A stretch of DNA of 64,000 nucleotides from positions 186,001 to 250,000 of the IMG/VR virus record IMGVR_UViG_3300044712_001255; one strand, given 5' to 3'. This document shows, one piece after another, positions 46,384 through 55,670 of this stretch. The translations under genes were made by a program, and so were the position numbers. The notes below the pieces were generated by a model. It was not told where the DNA came from. It was given only the letters and a program-made list of their open reading frames with translations, and did no database searches. Positions within the stretch are counted from its first letter, which is position 1. Each line of letters begins with the position of its first letter.

Positions 46384-46731
46384 ATGAAGGTACGTCTTGG
46401 TGAGCTTCGACAGGTGATTCGCAATGTTGTTTCTGAGGGTGCTGAGGTAAACTTGCCTCCTGGCACTGTTTCAGGTCCAGGTGAACGTGGCGGGTGGACC
46501 GTTGAGCTGCGAGGTTTTGCAGTGACAAAGCCGACTCAGGAAGAAGCAGAAGCTGCATTCGCACAGCACTGGCCAATGATGGCAGAGTACTTCCCAGAGC
46601 CTGCACCTCGCAAACCGGTTGCGCCCGCAGGTAGTGCAAAGCCTTACAATCCAACAGCAGGATGGTCCGAAGAGGATTTCGTCCGCGGTGGTCCAGAGAA
46701 TACCAGAGCAGGCCGTGGGTTAGGGTCCTGA
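46384..46731 (+). CDS. hypothetical protein with MKxxLxELRxxIR leader
   Basis: MKVRLGELRQVIRNVVSE; CACCTATTTA 8 nt upstream. Confidence 0.65.
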   Translation: MKVRLGELRQVIRNVVSEGAEVNLPPGTVSGPGERGGWTVELRGFAVTKPTQEEAEAAFAQHWPMMAEYFPEPAPRKPVAPAGSAKPYNPTAGWSEEDFVRGGPENTRAGRGLGS

Positions 46732-46822
46732 GCCCTCACGTTCGTTTCAGGTTCCCCTTCCTTTCATAGGTAGGTAGAACCACCATCAAGGCTCCAAGAC
46801 TCCCACGTGGCGATCTGGAGCC
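46730..46822. repeat. degenerate copy D of the dispersed palindromic element
   Basis: GAGCCCTCACG, GGTTCCCCTTCC, GACTCCCACGTGG. Confidence 0.45.
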
Positions 46823-46859
46823 TGGTGTCGTTAAAGCAACTACGTTGTATACTACGACC

Positions 46860-47555
46860 ATGGCACGATGGTTCATTGCAATACTGTTCGCAATAGTAAG
46901 TTGCGCATGTGGTCCTGCCGAACCGCCCACAGAATGCAGGCTTCCAGATTCACTTGCAACGACTTCACAGTATCCATACACTGTGAGGATCTCAGCGCGA
47001 CACGCAAACGGTAAGTCTGATCGTTGCGTTGGCGTCATCATCAGCCAGAAAACGGTGCTTACTACTGGGCATTGCGTGAATACGGCTGTGAAATGGACGA
47101 TTAGATCTATGACTGGCGAAGCTTTGACGACTTCCACGGACGCCATTGCTATGTCACCATTGACTATACCCAACAGCGATATTATACCCGATGTCGCTGA
47201 CGTCGGATTGATTTTTGTTGAGACTTTTGCGAAACTGATAGCGTATCCAGAACTTGATGCCAATTCAGCTGAAAATGCAAGCGCTGAGATTGTTGACACG
47301 AACAATATGTCGCATCCAGTGACGCTATACTCTGGCACTGAGTATTCTTATCATGATGGCGCGAGTTTTGTGATCTTTGAGTGGGATTACTTTGCCGATA
47401 AGGTCACTGTTCCTGGCGATTCAGGAGGTCCCGTATTTGCACGAGATTCTCATCGCCTACTTGGTATCACTCATGGTCTTGGTCGAGATAGGTGCATGTC
47501 GTACATCACTCGTCTTGACAAGGTGTTGCCCTGGATCAAGGCGAACATGCGCTAA
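46860..47555 (+). CDS. trypsin-like (S1) serine protease lipoprotein (leaderless)
   Basis: Lipobox VSCAC; CVGVII..TVLTTGHC (His), DVGLI (Asp), GDSGGP (Ser); TATACT-acgacc-ATG. Confidence 0.88.
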   Translation: MARWFIAILFAIVSCACGPAEPPTECRLPDSLATTSQYPYTVRISARHANGKSDRCVGVIISQKTVLTTGHCVNTAVKWTIRSMTGEALTTSTDAIAMSPLTIPNSDIIPDVADVGLIFVETFAKLIAYPELDANSAENASAEIVDTNNMSHPVTLYSGTEYSYHDGASFVIFEWDYFADKVTVPGDSGGPVFARDSHRLLGITHGLGRDRCMSYITRLDKVLPWIKANMR

Positions 47556-47590
47556 GTGTATAACGAATTCCAGCGTGATAGAACGTTTCC

Positions 47591-47854
47591 ATGGCAAATA
47601 AGAAGCTCACTGCGACTCAGGTGAAGGCGATCTACAACGCAGGATTGCGGGCGTTCATGAATTCCAACGCAATGTTGGTGGATGACATCCTGACCGGTGT
47701 GAAGCCACGTGCAAGCGCATACGGTAAGTTGGCTTGCAATGATTCGCTCTGGTTCCAAGCAATGGCATTGCACATTTGGAAGTGCATCAAGTGGGAGAGC
47801 CTTAGCGACACCCGTCGCGGCAATATCATTGCGCTGGTGAATCTTGGCAAGTGA
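47591..47854 (+). CDS. hypothetical protein (leaderless)
   Basis: TAGAAC-gtttcc-ATG. Confidence 0.65.
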   Translation: MANKKLTATQVKAIYNAGLRAFMNSNAMLVDDILTGVKPRASAYGKLACNDSLWFQAMALHIWKCIKWESLSDTRRGNIIALVNLGK

Positions 47855-47886
47855 CGCTGCGATTGGCAAGGGGGTATCTTAGGACC

Positions 47887-48075
47887 ATGACAAGCGAACA
47901 AACCATGCTCGATAAGATGATGGTTCTCGGCGAGGGGCTTGTGAAGAACAGAGCATCAGTGGAACAATGCAGACTGCTGGCTAAGGATGTCGCCAAACTC
48001 ACTAGTCGGCCGTATGCAACGGTGCGTAAGGTGCTCAACGCGGTACTGCTCATGCACGGGATGCCGCTCATCTGA
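47887..48075 (+). CDS. small helical protein, paralog of 56232..56414
   Basis: EQTMLDKMMVLGE...LAKDVAK...LMHGMPLI. Confidence 0.75.
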   Translation: MTSEQTMLDKMMVLGEGLVKNRASVEQCRLLAKDVAKLTSRPYATVRKVLNAVLLMHGMPLI

Positions 48076-48095
48076 ACGTGGGGTAAGGTGAGATC

Positions 48096-48317
48096 ATGGC
48101 AAAAGTAACGGTGAACGTCCAACTAACCTTCGAGGTTGATGAGAATGCAAACATCACTATCCCGCTTGAGGCCATCGAGGATGAACTCAAGGCTGAGCTG
48201 AACGAAGTCCTACACCCCGGTGGCTGCATGTTAGTCGATCTCGCAGGCGTTACTGTCTTTCGTAAGAATAGCACCTTCATCCCGGTGGAGCTTGTTTCTG
48301 CTTGTGTGGTTGACTAG
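48096..48317 (+). CDS. hypothetical protein (leaderless)
   Basis: TAAGGT-gagatc-ATG. Confidence 0.65.
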   Translation: MAKVTVNVQLTFEVDENANITIPLEAIEDELKAELNEVLHPGGCMLVDLAGVTVFRKNSTFIPVELVSACVVD

Positions 48318-48338
48318 CTCTTGAGGTATACTAAGACC

Positions 48339-48692
48339 ATGAAAAACCCCTCCCTGTTCGGCATGATCATCGTTTTCGTGGTTCTCGCAGGAGTAGCTGT
48401 CCTGCTCAGCGCTGCTTGGCAGGGAGCCACGGCTGACACCGAGACGATCAAGGTGACTGAGAAGTACATCAAGCCCGGCAGCAAAGATGTATCCAGCTCG
48501 TACCGCATCGTGGGTGAGAGTGAAACGTTCGAGCTCGAGGACAGCATCGTGCAAGGCGCTTTCGATTCTGCTGATCGCTTCGCCCGGATGAAGGTGGGTC
48601 ACTGCTACAAGGTGAAGACTGTCGGCGTCCGAGTGCAGGTGGTGTCGTCGTTCCGGTCGATTTTCGACCCCGTTGAGGTTCCCTGCGGGTGA
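48339..48692 (+). CDS. membrane-anchored secreted protein, DUF1523-like
   Basis: N-terminal TM; ETFELEDSIVQGAFDSAD...VGHCYKVKTVGVRV. Confidence 0.55.
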   Translation: MKNPSLFGMIIVFVVLAGVAVLLSAAWQGATADTETIKVTEKYIKPGSKDVSSSYRIVGESETFELEDSIVQGAFDSADRFARMKVGHCYKVKTVGVRVQVVSSFRSIFDPVEVPCG

Positions 48693-48723
48693 ATTCGCAA
48701 TGCGCCGGGGGTATACTGAGACC

Positions 48724-48912
48724 ATGGAAAACATCGAAAAGTTCCTCTACAACGTAAACACTGGCATGATCAAGAAGGCTGATCAGGACCTTGTCACTTC
48801 GCACTACGCCTTCGAGCTCGGTCTCATCGACATCGATGATAATGGCAAGATCAAGATCACCTCTGCCGGTTGGAGCAAGCTGCTCCGGCAGCCTGCACGC
48901 CGCGTCCGGTGA
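48724..48912 (+). CDS. hypothetical protein (leaderless)
   Basis: TATACT-gagacc-ATG. Confidence 0.7.
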   Translation: MENIEKFLYNVNTGMIKKADQDLVTSHYAFELGLIDIDDNGKIKITSAGWSKLLRQPARRVR

Positions 48913-48943
48913 CAGCTAGCGTGAGCTAAGGTATACTAAGACC

Positions 48944-49168
48944 ATGGCAAATACTCCGCCCGACGCACTCACCCTCGCCCAGGACTTCATTGACAACGCG
49001 GGCCTTGTCACCGTTGACAGTGTAGATTCCAAAGCGACCGGTGATGCGCAGATGGCAACCTTCCTCGCGTACTGGTACGCTTCCACGGGGTTCACTCGTC
49101 GCACGTTTCGTATCACTGTGACAGAGATCCCGGACGAGTCCAACGAAGACGGGTGTCAGCTGGCGTAA
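48944..49168 (+). CDS. hypothetical protein (leaderless)
   Basis: TATACT-aagacc-ATG. Confidence 0.7.
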   Translation: MANTPPDALTLAQDFIDNAGLVTVDSVDSKATGDAQMATFLAYWYASTGFTRRTFRITVTEIPDESNEDGCQLA

Positions 49169-49187
49169 CCTGAGGTATAACAAGACC

Positions 49188-49490
49188 ATGGAAATTAAGA
49201 CCAATCTCAACTGGTTCAACAGCGGTATCACACCTGACACTGTGGTACACGCTCGTGCACTCCGGGAGCCTGAGACTCTTACGGCGATCCTGGTGAACGT
49301 GTTCGTCACGAACGCCATCCAAAACCTTCAGGATAACAACGCCCTGATGCGTATCACCCCTGCACGTCTTCAGGCGATTGTGGATGATGTTGCGACCAAG
49401 GTGACATCGAACATCGAGAATGACCTGCATAACGCGTTCGAGGAGATTACCGAGCGGGTGGTCCGTGCTGGGGATGAGAAAACCAAGTGA
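49188..49490 (+). CDS. hypothetical protein (leaderless)
   Basis: TATAAC-aagacc-ATG. Confidence 0.7.
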   Translation: MEIKTNLNWFNSGITPDTVVHARALREPETLTAILVNVFVTNAIQNLQDNNALMRITPARLQAIVDDVATKVTSNIENDLHNAFEEITERVVRAGDEKTK

Positions 49491-49638
49491 TCCCATAATG
49501 GGTGGCTCAAGTCACTCTTGTACCACTCTAATCGCTTTCTACGAGTGGGATGGGGTCCAATACCATCCCGTGGTGGGACCCTCGTGAGGGCTTCGGTGGG
49601 CGGTGATAATTGCGTCTGCGGGTTGTATATCTAAGACC

Positions 49639-49785
49639 ATGGACAAGCAACGAAAGTCACGCTCGATCTCAGCCCTGGTGGCGATCACCAAGTGCAAGGG
49701 TGGTGCCATGGCTGATCGCCGCACCCATCGTCGTCGCTCACGCGGTGACAATCGCCGTGCTGCGATCCGTGATGCGTCCTTCTGA
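49639..49785 (+). CDS. small Arg-rich peptide (leaderless)
   Basis: MDKQRKSR...DRRTHRRRSR. Confidence 0.6.
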   Translation: MDKQRKSRSISALVAITKCKGGAMADRRTHRRRSRGDNRRAAIRDASF

Positions 49786-49806
49786 CGAGAAGGGTAGGAT
49801 CGAACT

Positions 49807-50097
49807 ATGGAACTGTCTGAGAGTTTCTATCCCCTGTTCGATAATGACTGCATACGAGAGGTATTCCCGTGGGTCAGGCAGCTGTTTGTCATTCGAGACG
49901 AGAAGGGCAATATCTGTCATGTCACTGGTGAGCTTGAGCACAATCGTATTGGGCAACCTCCTGTTCATGTGATTTTCACCTTTCCCGGAAGCAAGCCAGC
50001 AAGAGTGAAGCAACTTGTGGATACGCTCGAAAAGTGGCTCCCAAATGAACTGGTTGTTCGCGTCACAGACCACGACATTATGGTGTTGAATTCATGA
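49807..50097 (+). CDS. hypothetical protein (leaderless)
   Basis: TAGGAT-cgaact-ATG. Confidence 0.6.
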   Translation: MELSESFYPLFDNDCIREVFPWVRQLFVIRDEKGNICHVTGELEHNRIGQPPVHVIFTFPGSKPARVKQLVDTLEKWLPNELVVRVTDHDIMVLNS

Positions 50098-50312
50098 AGC
50101 CCTACGGACTCCGAGTGATCGAATTCCCTGACGTTGGCGATATCAAGGAGATGGGTGCCAAGAGTTCCTGCGGTAGATTCCGCAAGAAGGGCGGTGATTA
50201 TAACGGCTATGCCTCTGGCACCGTCAAGGATCGCACCCGGCGCAGATGGAAGCGTAAGGCTCGCCGACAGGGACTCAACGACATCTGCGCCCAAGGGAGT
50301 GAGTGCGACTGA
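50094..50312 (+). CDS. small basic protein
   Basis: MKPYG...RTRRRWKRKARRQG; ATGA overlap. Confidence 0.6.
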   Translation: MKPYGLRVIEFPDVGDIKEMGAKSSCGRFRKKGGDYNGYASGTVKDRTRRRWKRKARRQGLNDICAQGSECD

Positions 50313-50351
50313 ACGCGTGTCGCTTGTAGCCAACTGAGATATCTAGAGATC

Positions 50352-50792
50352 ATGCTCACCAAGGACGATTTCGAAGAGATTCAGGCGTATGAGAGCGAGG
50401 TTGCTGCTGGCATGAACCCGCCAGACAATGCTCGCCCACGCATCTACGCCAAGTATGCTGGCGCTCCCAACACCTACATGGAACTGCGCCTTGACACTGA
50501 CAACATCGGTGGAGGCATTTACAGCGATGAGGTGAGCGTCTTCCTGGCACCAAACAGCAAGCCACTCCAGTGGCCAGTGTCCCAGATCATCACTGACCTC
50601 AACATCCCGCCTGACGTAAAGGTGATTCCCTTCGGCGACTTTGGTAAGATCGCCCTCGAGTCGTTGGTGCGCGAGGTTGTTGAAAGCGAGAAGAAGCCCA
50701 AGAAGGTGAAGAAGTGGAGCAAGGCCTTCGGCAAGGACAGCAAGTGGGCCAAGCGACTTGAGAAGCGCCGTGCAGAAAAGAACAAGGCGTGA
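50352..50792 (+). CDS. hypothetical protein with basic tail (leaderless)
   Basis: TATCTA-gagatc-ATG. Confidence 0.7.
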   Translation: MLTKDDFEEIQAYESEVAAGMNPPDNARPRIYAKYAGAPNTYMELRLDTDNIGGGIYSDEVSVFLAPNSKPLQWPVSQIITDLNIPPDVKVIPFGDFGKIALESLVREVVESEKKPKKVKKWSKAFGKDSKWAKRLEKRRAEKNKA

Positions 50793-50804
50793 TACCATGA
50801 CTTC

Positions 50805-51125
50805 ATGGTACCCATTCATGTAGAAGGCGGCAAGGAAACATACTTCCCGTGGTCGGGCACTGCGACTCGCTATCAGGTGGGAGACACAACCTGGTGGCTG
50901 TGGAAGTCGTATGTACCTGAGCTGAAGACCTATATGTGGGCAATCTACGGTCACTCGAGATCGTCTGGATATGTGGGTAGGGGAACCATAAGGCTGGTCG
51001 GTTCAGAGGGCACGCGCCCCATCCGCGAAGCACCGGCAGCCAACGTGACCAACTGCGGACCGGATGTCTGGTACGCTCCCGAGGTGAGCATGTTGGTTAC
51101 CATTGTGAAGCCACAGAAACGTTAG
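50805..51125 (+). CDS. hypothetical protein
   Basis: ORF in array. Confidence 0.55.
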   Translation: MVPIHVEGGKETYFPWSGTATRYQVGDTTWWLWKSYVPELKTYMWAIYGHSRSSGYVGRGTIRLVGSEGTRPIREAPAANVTNCGPDVWYAPEVSMLVTIVKPQKR

Positions 51126-51139
51126 GGTATAAAGAGACC

Positions 51140-51382
51140 ATGGCAAGCAAGACTGCTGTTCGCATCGACATCAGCGTGTACAAGAACACCTACACCGGCG
51201 AGTTCGCAGAGGATGACTCTTTGGAAGTCATTGAGGATGGGTTCGATCACCTCGGCAATGAACGCCCACGGCGGATGGTGGAGCTGACTCTCGTGCAGGC
51301 TCTGAATGAACTGCGTGAAGAAAATCTGCGCTTGGCAGAACGTATTGCTGAGCTCGAGCGAGTGCCATATACTCAACCGTGA
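51140..51382 (+). CDS. hypothetical protein (leaderless)
   Basis: TATAAA-gagacc-ATG. Confidence 0.7.
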   Translation: MASKTAVRIDISVYKNTYTGEFAEDDSLEVIEDGFDHLGNERPRRMVELTLVQALNELREENLRLAERIAELERVPYTQP

Positions 51383-51396
51383 GATATTCTACGACC

Positions 51397-51651
51397 ATGG
51401 AAACCACCCGTCCCACCTCCCTCTCGATCCTCCTCGCTCCCCGCTCGAACGAGGTCTCCTACCTCACCCTCGGCTACGCCCTCACCGGTGCCTCTGACGA
51501 CACGGTGCGCTGCATGCTCGGTGAGCTCATCGGAGATGTGGATGACGGTGACTACGAGGAGGAAGAGTACCGCGTGGGTCAGCTTCTCCCCGAGCTCGCC
51601 CGTGACCTCGACATCCTCGCTGTCTACGCCCAGGAAACGAGCGCGGTGTGA
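51397..51651 (+). CDS. hypothetical protein (leaderless)
   Basis: TATTCT-acgacc-ATG. Confidence 0.7.
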   Translation: METTRPTSLSILLAPRSNEVSYLTLGYALTGASDDTVRCMLGELIGDVDDGDYEEEEYRVGQLLPELARDLDILAVYAQETSAV

Positions 51652-51682
51652 AAGACTCATCCCACCGAGGTATAACAAGACC

Positions 51683-51925
51683 ATGATAAAGATCACGGTT
51701 GCCCCGGCAGGAATCATCGCGGGTCTCTATTCGACACCCTCAGAACTACACTACCTCGGTGTCATGGGGGACTGGTGTACGAATCAGGAAGACGCGATCG
51801 CATCGTGCATCAAGGATCGTGATCACAAGGTGAAACTTCTTAAGAAGAGGGTTCAGAAACTCCAGGATGAAATCAATCTCCTTGAGTCTGCGTCACTCGA
51901 CGTGGGATCGAGTGAAAGACTCTGA
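51683..51925 (+). CDS. hypothetical protein (leaderless)
   Basis: TATAAC-aagacc-ATG. Confidence 0.7.
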   Translation: MIKITVAPAGIIAGLYSTPSELHYLGVMGDWCTNQEDAIASCIKDRDHKVKLLKKRVQKLQDEINLLESASLDVGSSERL

Positions 51926-51946
51926 TCGTTGAAGTATAACAAGACC

Positions 51947-52270
51947 ATGAAGAAGATCAGTCGTTTCTATCCCAAGTGGAGCTTGGGTGTTCGTGCCCAG
52001 GTCGAGGTACTTTACTGGACACTTGGCGTGGTGGGCTTTTTGTTTCTCGTTGTCTACGTACCTGCATACGTGTTGGCGCTGCCACACAAGCTTCTCGAGT
52101 GGGTGGACGAACGCATTGGTGCGTTTTACGCACGTTGTTACAGGACTCGTGAACTCGTCAATGGGCGAGTGCGGCGGAGCGACATCTCCTGTTCGCCAGG
52201 AATGGAGGGTGAACCCAGCAAATACTTCCTGGCGCAGACTGGTGAGCAGGTCGAGTTCCTCGAGGAGTGA
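51947..52270 (+). CDS. membrane protein (leaderless)
   Basis: TATAAC-aagacc-ATG; TM helix. Confidence 0.65.
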   Translation: MKKISRFYPKWSLGVRAQVEVLYWTLGVVGFLFLVVYVPAYVLALPHKLLEWVDERIGAFYARCYRTRELVNGRVRRSDISCSPGMEGEPSKYFLAQTGEQVEFLEE

Positions 52271-52596
52271 ATATGATAGATGAACGAGTGGCTGCGATCT
52301 TCGCGCTCATGATGTATGCGCATGGGTTGTTCACTGGATGGTACTTGAAGCGTTATAAAAACGCTGTGAAGGACTCGTCAAAGGTATATACTGTTTGCGT
52401 CAAAGAAGGCGACGCGGCTGCGTTCTTCGCGTTCCTCACCCGTGAGGATGCCCTGGCGCAGCATAACAAACTTGTCGCACAAGGATATGATTCAACGGTG
52501 TATGCATGTGATGAAGGCCTGATCATTTCTACCGGTCCAGCTGACCTTGCTACGCGATTGACAATTGCCCTTCGGCACGGTGACCCTCATCCGTGA
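52267..52596 (+). CDS. membrane-anchored hypothetical protein
   Basis: N-terminal TM; overlaps upstream stop. Confidence 0.55.
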   Translation: MNMIDERVAAIFALMMYAHGLFTGWYLKRYKNAVKDSSKVYTVCVKEGDAAAFFAFLTREDALAQHNKLVAQGYDSTVYACDEGLIISTGPADLATRLTIALRHGDPHP

Positions 52597-52614
52597 GCGA
52601 GGTAGAACTAGACC

Positions 52615-52818
52615 ATGGCAAAGAAGAACTATCTCATAGGTCGGTCGGCATTCATCAATGACATCCATCTTAGTTCAGGTGAAACTGGGCTTGTGAGGAT
52701 CGTTGCCTTTTCTGTGAAGGGACCCGAATGGGTGATCGTCGAGTACCAACGTGAGGACCATCGACATTTTGTCGGTGACGTCATGGTCATCCCTCTGAAT
52801 TATCTCTCAGTCAGGTGA
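52615..52818 (+). CDS. small SH3-like protein (leaderless)
   Basis: TAGAAC-tagacc-ATG. Confidence 0.65.
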   Translation: MAKKNYLIGRSAFINDIHLSSGETGLVRIVAFSVKGPEWVIVEYQREDHRHFVGDVMVIPLNYLSVR

Positions 52819-52852
52819 ATGTCTCCCAACGATGAGGTAATCTAAAACTAAC

Positions 52853-53032
52853 ATGGCAAAGGACATCAACGACAACCTGGGCTTTCTCGGTAAAATGCTC
52901 AACGGGGTGGGCAAGCTCGCCGATGATGTGATCGGATTCTTCATCATGCTCATCCTGGGCATGGCTGTCATTCCGGTGATCTCGCTCATCGCGTGGGGAG
53001 CGTACCTCCTCGTGAAGCTGCTGACGTACTGA
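52853..53032 (+). CDS. small membrane protein
   Basis: 59 aa with TM helix. Confidence 0.55.
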   Translation: MAKDINDNLGFLGKMLNGVGKLADDVIGFFIMLILGMAVIPVISLIAWGAYLLVKLLTY

Positions 53033-53044
53033 GGTAAGACCATA

Positions 53045-53272
53045 ATGTACTCTGTTTACCTGTGGCACGAAGACGATCATTTGCTCTGGCTCACGATTCA
53101 CACGTCTCTTGGGTCTGCGCAAGCGTGTTTCGCAGATGCCAAGGGAGACACGTCGTATCCAGAGTCATTGACGCTAGCTGGCCCGTGGGAAGACGGCGAT
53201 AACATCCTGAGTGAGTGCAACAACTGCGATAGCGTGATTGACAACTTCACGCCCGACTACCCCAGCACCTAG
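53045..53272 (+). CDS. hypothetical protein
   Basis: Resembles the 58114..58323 product. Confidence 0.6.
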   Translation: MYSVYLWHEDDHLLWLTIHTSLGSAQACFADAKGDTSYPESLTLAGPWEDGDNILSECNNCDSVIDNFTPDYPST

Positions 53273-53306
53273 TGAAAGACTTGCTTCGTTGTGGTAAGGT
53301 GAGACC

Positions 53307-53534
53307 ATGATCGTAGATGAATTGATGGTTGACGCCAAGGGAGTCATCTGGCACGCGGAGAGCTTTGAGAATTACGTCTGCATCTCACGTCGTGAACCCC
53401 CGCCAAGTCAGTGGCCCAATGATCCTTCCACGTTTATCGCGGTTGAGATTCAGGACGGTGAGGTACACCTGTACCAACGTGTGCCAACGGACGTTGTCCA
53501 GAAGGCGCTGGAACTCTGGACTTGGCGACCGTGA
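53307..53534 (+). CDS. hypothetical protein (leaderless)
   Basis: TAAGGT-gagacc-ATG. Confidence 0.65.
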   Translation: MIVDELMVDAKGVIWHAESFENYVCISRREPPPSQWPNDPSTFIAVEIQDGEVHLYQRVPTDVVQKALELWTWRP

Positions 53535-53568
53535 GTGAAAGACTCTGAGCTCTGAGGTAGTATAAACC

Positions 53569-53802
53569 ATGGAAAACGAGCAACTCGTAATTGTTATCAA
53601 GGGTGACTGCGCCTCGGGCAAAACCACGCTGGCACTCGCCTTGCACGACTTCCTTTTGTCACGGGGTTTCACCAACGTTGATGTGAATGACTACGACATC
53701 GACAATGATATCTGTTATCCCGCTCTTCAAGAGTCTCGGATGAATGCGATCAAGGATCGTAAGGTCACCATCAACACAATACAGGGACGTCTTTCTTGGT
53801 GA
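53569..53802 (+). CDS. 77-aa protein with Walker A motif (leaderless)
   Basis: IVIKGDCASGKTTLA. Confidence 0.65.
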   Translation: MENEQLVIVIKGDCASGKTTLALALHDFLLSRGFTNVDVNDYDIDNDICYPALQESRMNAIKDRKVTINTIQGRLSW

Positions 53803-53833
53803 AAGACCCGCCTCACTGAGGTAAAGTGAGACC

Positions 53834-53998
53834 ATGACGAAGACAGAGGCTGTTCAACAACTCGCCCAGGTGAAGCGGATCCTAGCTCGACTCGCAGAGT
53901 GTGCTGAGTTGATACCCGCTGAACATTTTGACATCATCGAGCTGCAACGTCACGCGGACCAGGTCGAGATCGATCCTGAAGAGTGTGAAGAGGGGTGA
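53834..53998 (+). CDS. hypothetical protein (leaderless)
   Basis: TAAAGT-gagacc-ATG. Confidence 0.6.
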   Translation: MTKTEAVQQLAQVKRILARLAECAELIPAEHFDIIELQRHADQVEIDPEECEEG

Positions 53999-54001
53999 CA
54001 C

Positions 54002-54217
54002 ATGACGCAGAAGACAGTATCGAAGACCACGGTGACCTGCGACAGGTGTAACGCGGAGGGTGAGCCCTTCAGGGGTCCCTTCGCGAATGGTCACACTACC
54101 ATCACTGCAGACCACAGCGTTCGAAGCTGTCAGGGTGATTCTGGTGGGTGGAAGACGACGTACGACCTTTGTGCGACTTGTCAGGAGTTGTTCCTCCAGT
54201 TCATGGACGGCAAGTGA
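54002..54217 (+). CDS. small Zn-finger protein
   Basis: VTCDRC...DLCATC. Confidence 0.65.
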   Translation: MTQKTVSKTTVTCDRCNAEGEPFRGPFANGHTTITADHSVRSCQGDSGGWKTTYDLCATCQELFLQFMDGK

Positions 54218-54248
54218 AAGTCGCGTGGGGACAGGGTAGAACTAGATC

Positions 54249-54476
54249 ATGGAAACCAACATCGAACTCTACACGAAGTACCTCGCTCAGATCGGTCGCC
54301 GGATAACACCTCCTACTGGTAAGCTTACCGTCTGGGTGGTGCAGTCTGTCATTGCATTCAAGGGACTCGGCGGTGGCATTGAGTTCAGGCTCGAGCTAAC
54401 CGCCAGTGATTGGACCGAGGCACGCTTGACACTTGAGGAGCTAGGCGATCTGGAACGTGGTGTAATCTCCTTTTGA
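54249..54476 (+). CDS. hypothetical protein (leaderless)
   Basis: TAGAAC-tagatc-ATG. Confidence 0.65.
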   Translation: METNIELYTKYLAQIGRRITPPTGKLTVWVVQSVIAFKGLGGGIEFRLELTASDWTEARLTLEELGDLERGVISF

Positions 54477-54493
54477 GAAGGGTAAGGTGAATC

Positions 54494-54736
54494 ATGTCGG
54501 ACAGAACATGTTTGGGCGATCCCGAGTTCAGCGTCTCCGTTGGACGAGATGACATCGACGTCACCTGCTACGTGGACGCCGGTCGTGTCAACGTCCAAGT
54601 GGACAACTACCGTGGTTCTTTCTACGGCAATGAATCATGCGACATCAACCTGAGTGAAGATCAGGCTCGTGAGCTGCGTGACGCCCTGAACGATTTCCTG
54701 GAGCTGAGGGCTGCCAGGGCAAGCATCCCGGCGTGA
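54494..54736 (+). CDS. hypothetical protein (leaderless)
   Basis: TAAGGT-gaatc-ATG. Confidence 0.65.
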   Translation: MSDRTCLGDPEFSVSVGRDDIDVTCYVDAGRVNVQVDNYRGSFYGNESCDINLSEDQARELRDALNDFLELRAARASIPA

Positions 54737-54825
54737 CCCACGGGTCCCTCACGTGAGACTCCCACAGGTGGGATAGGGGTTACCACCTTGGGCGAGAGGG
54801 ATTCTCGTGAGGGACCCTCTCGCCA
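54737..54825. repeat. dispersed palindromic intergenic element, copy B
   Basis: GGGTCCCTCACG...GGGATAGGGGTTACC...CGTGAGGGACCC (12-bp terminal inverted repeat). Confidence 0.7.
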
Positions 54826-54860
54826 GTGCAGGAACGGCGAGAGAAAGGTATAAACAGACC

Positions 54861-55187
54861 ATGGCGAGCAAGAAGATCAAGTTCCCGCATGACTTTGCGA
54901 ATCGTCCCGATAGCGAGCGACACCGAGGGATGGCCCGGTACGTCTTGGTGAAAGAGCCACTCGAGGCTCACATCACAGTTCAGCGCGCGGACGGCAATAC
55001 GGATGCCGTGTTCGTCTCCGTGTGGATCGGCAAGGGTGCCGTGGGCGAAGGGTGGGGTGGGTACGGTGCCATCACCCACCAGGAAGACCTGCTGCCCATC
55101 ATGAACAAGGCTCGTGAAGACATTCTCGAGTACATGCGTAAGGAAGTGGTGAAGTGGAAGGCAACGCTCAACGCTGCGAAGGTGTGA
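54861..55187 (+). CDS. hypothetical protein (leaderless)
   Basis: TATAAA-cagacc-ATG. Confidence 0.7.
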   Translation: MASKKIKFPHDFANRPDSERHRGMARYVLVKEPLEAHITVQRADGNTDAVFVSVWIGKGAVGEGWGGYGAITHQEDLLPIMNKAREDILEYMRKEVVKWKATLNAAKV

Positions 55188-55218
55188 CGTACTCAATACG
55201 TTGGGGTATACTCTGACC

Positions 55219-55466
55219 ATGGCAGGTATCTCAACGGTGAGCGCCTCTGCATGCCGGGCAACGAGGCTGAGGCTGCGTTCCGCCTTGTCACCTCCCGCCT
55301 AGTGGCCGAGATGGTGGAGAATGAAGAGGAGATCGACATCGATTGCTGTGATGAGTGTTCTTCTTGGACTGTGACTGACCGCCGCTGCTCGTGCGGCAAT
55401 CGTCGGATGGAACTCACCTGGACTGGTACCTTCGAGGACCCTACCTACTACGCCGAGGCTTACTGA
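55219..55466 (+). pseudogene. Zn-finger gene whose leaderless ATG is out of frame (1-nt deletion or sequence error)
   Basis: TATACT-ctgacc-ATG GC AGG TAT CTC...; downstream frame encodes CCDEC...CSC. Confidence 0.5.
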
Positions 55467-55505
55467 CACTGTGATCTTCCGGCTTCCTTAGCTTATACTG
55501 AGACC

Positions 55506-55670
55506 ATGGAAAACCTGATCACCGAGAGCGGACGCTCTGATCTCTCACTCATCAACCGCGTCCGCACCTTGCTGGGATACGGGCTGAATGATGCCGAGAT
55601 TGCGGGCATCCTCAACGTCTCTCGCGGCGATGCGTTCCTCATCATCACTGCCACCAAGATTCTCGAGTGA
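55506..55670 (+). CDS. small HTH-like protein (leaderless)
   Basis: GYGLNDAEIAGILNVSRGDA. Confidence 0.6.
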   Translation: MENLITESGRSDLSLINRVRTLLGYGLNDAEIAGILNVSRGDAFLIITATKILE

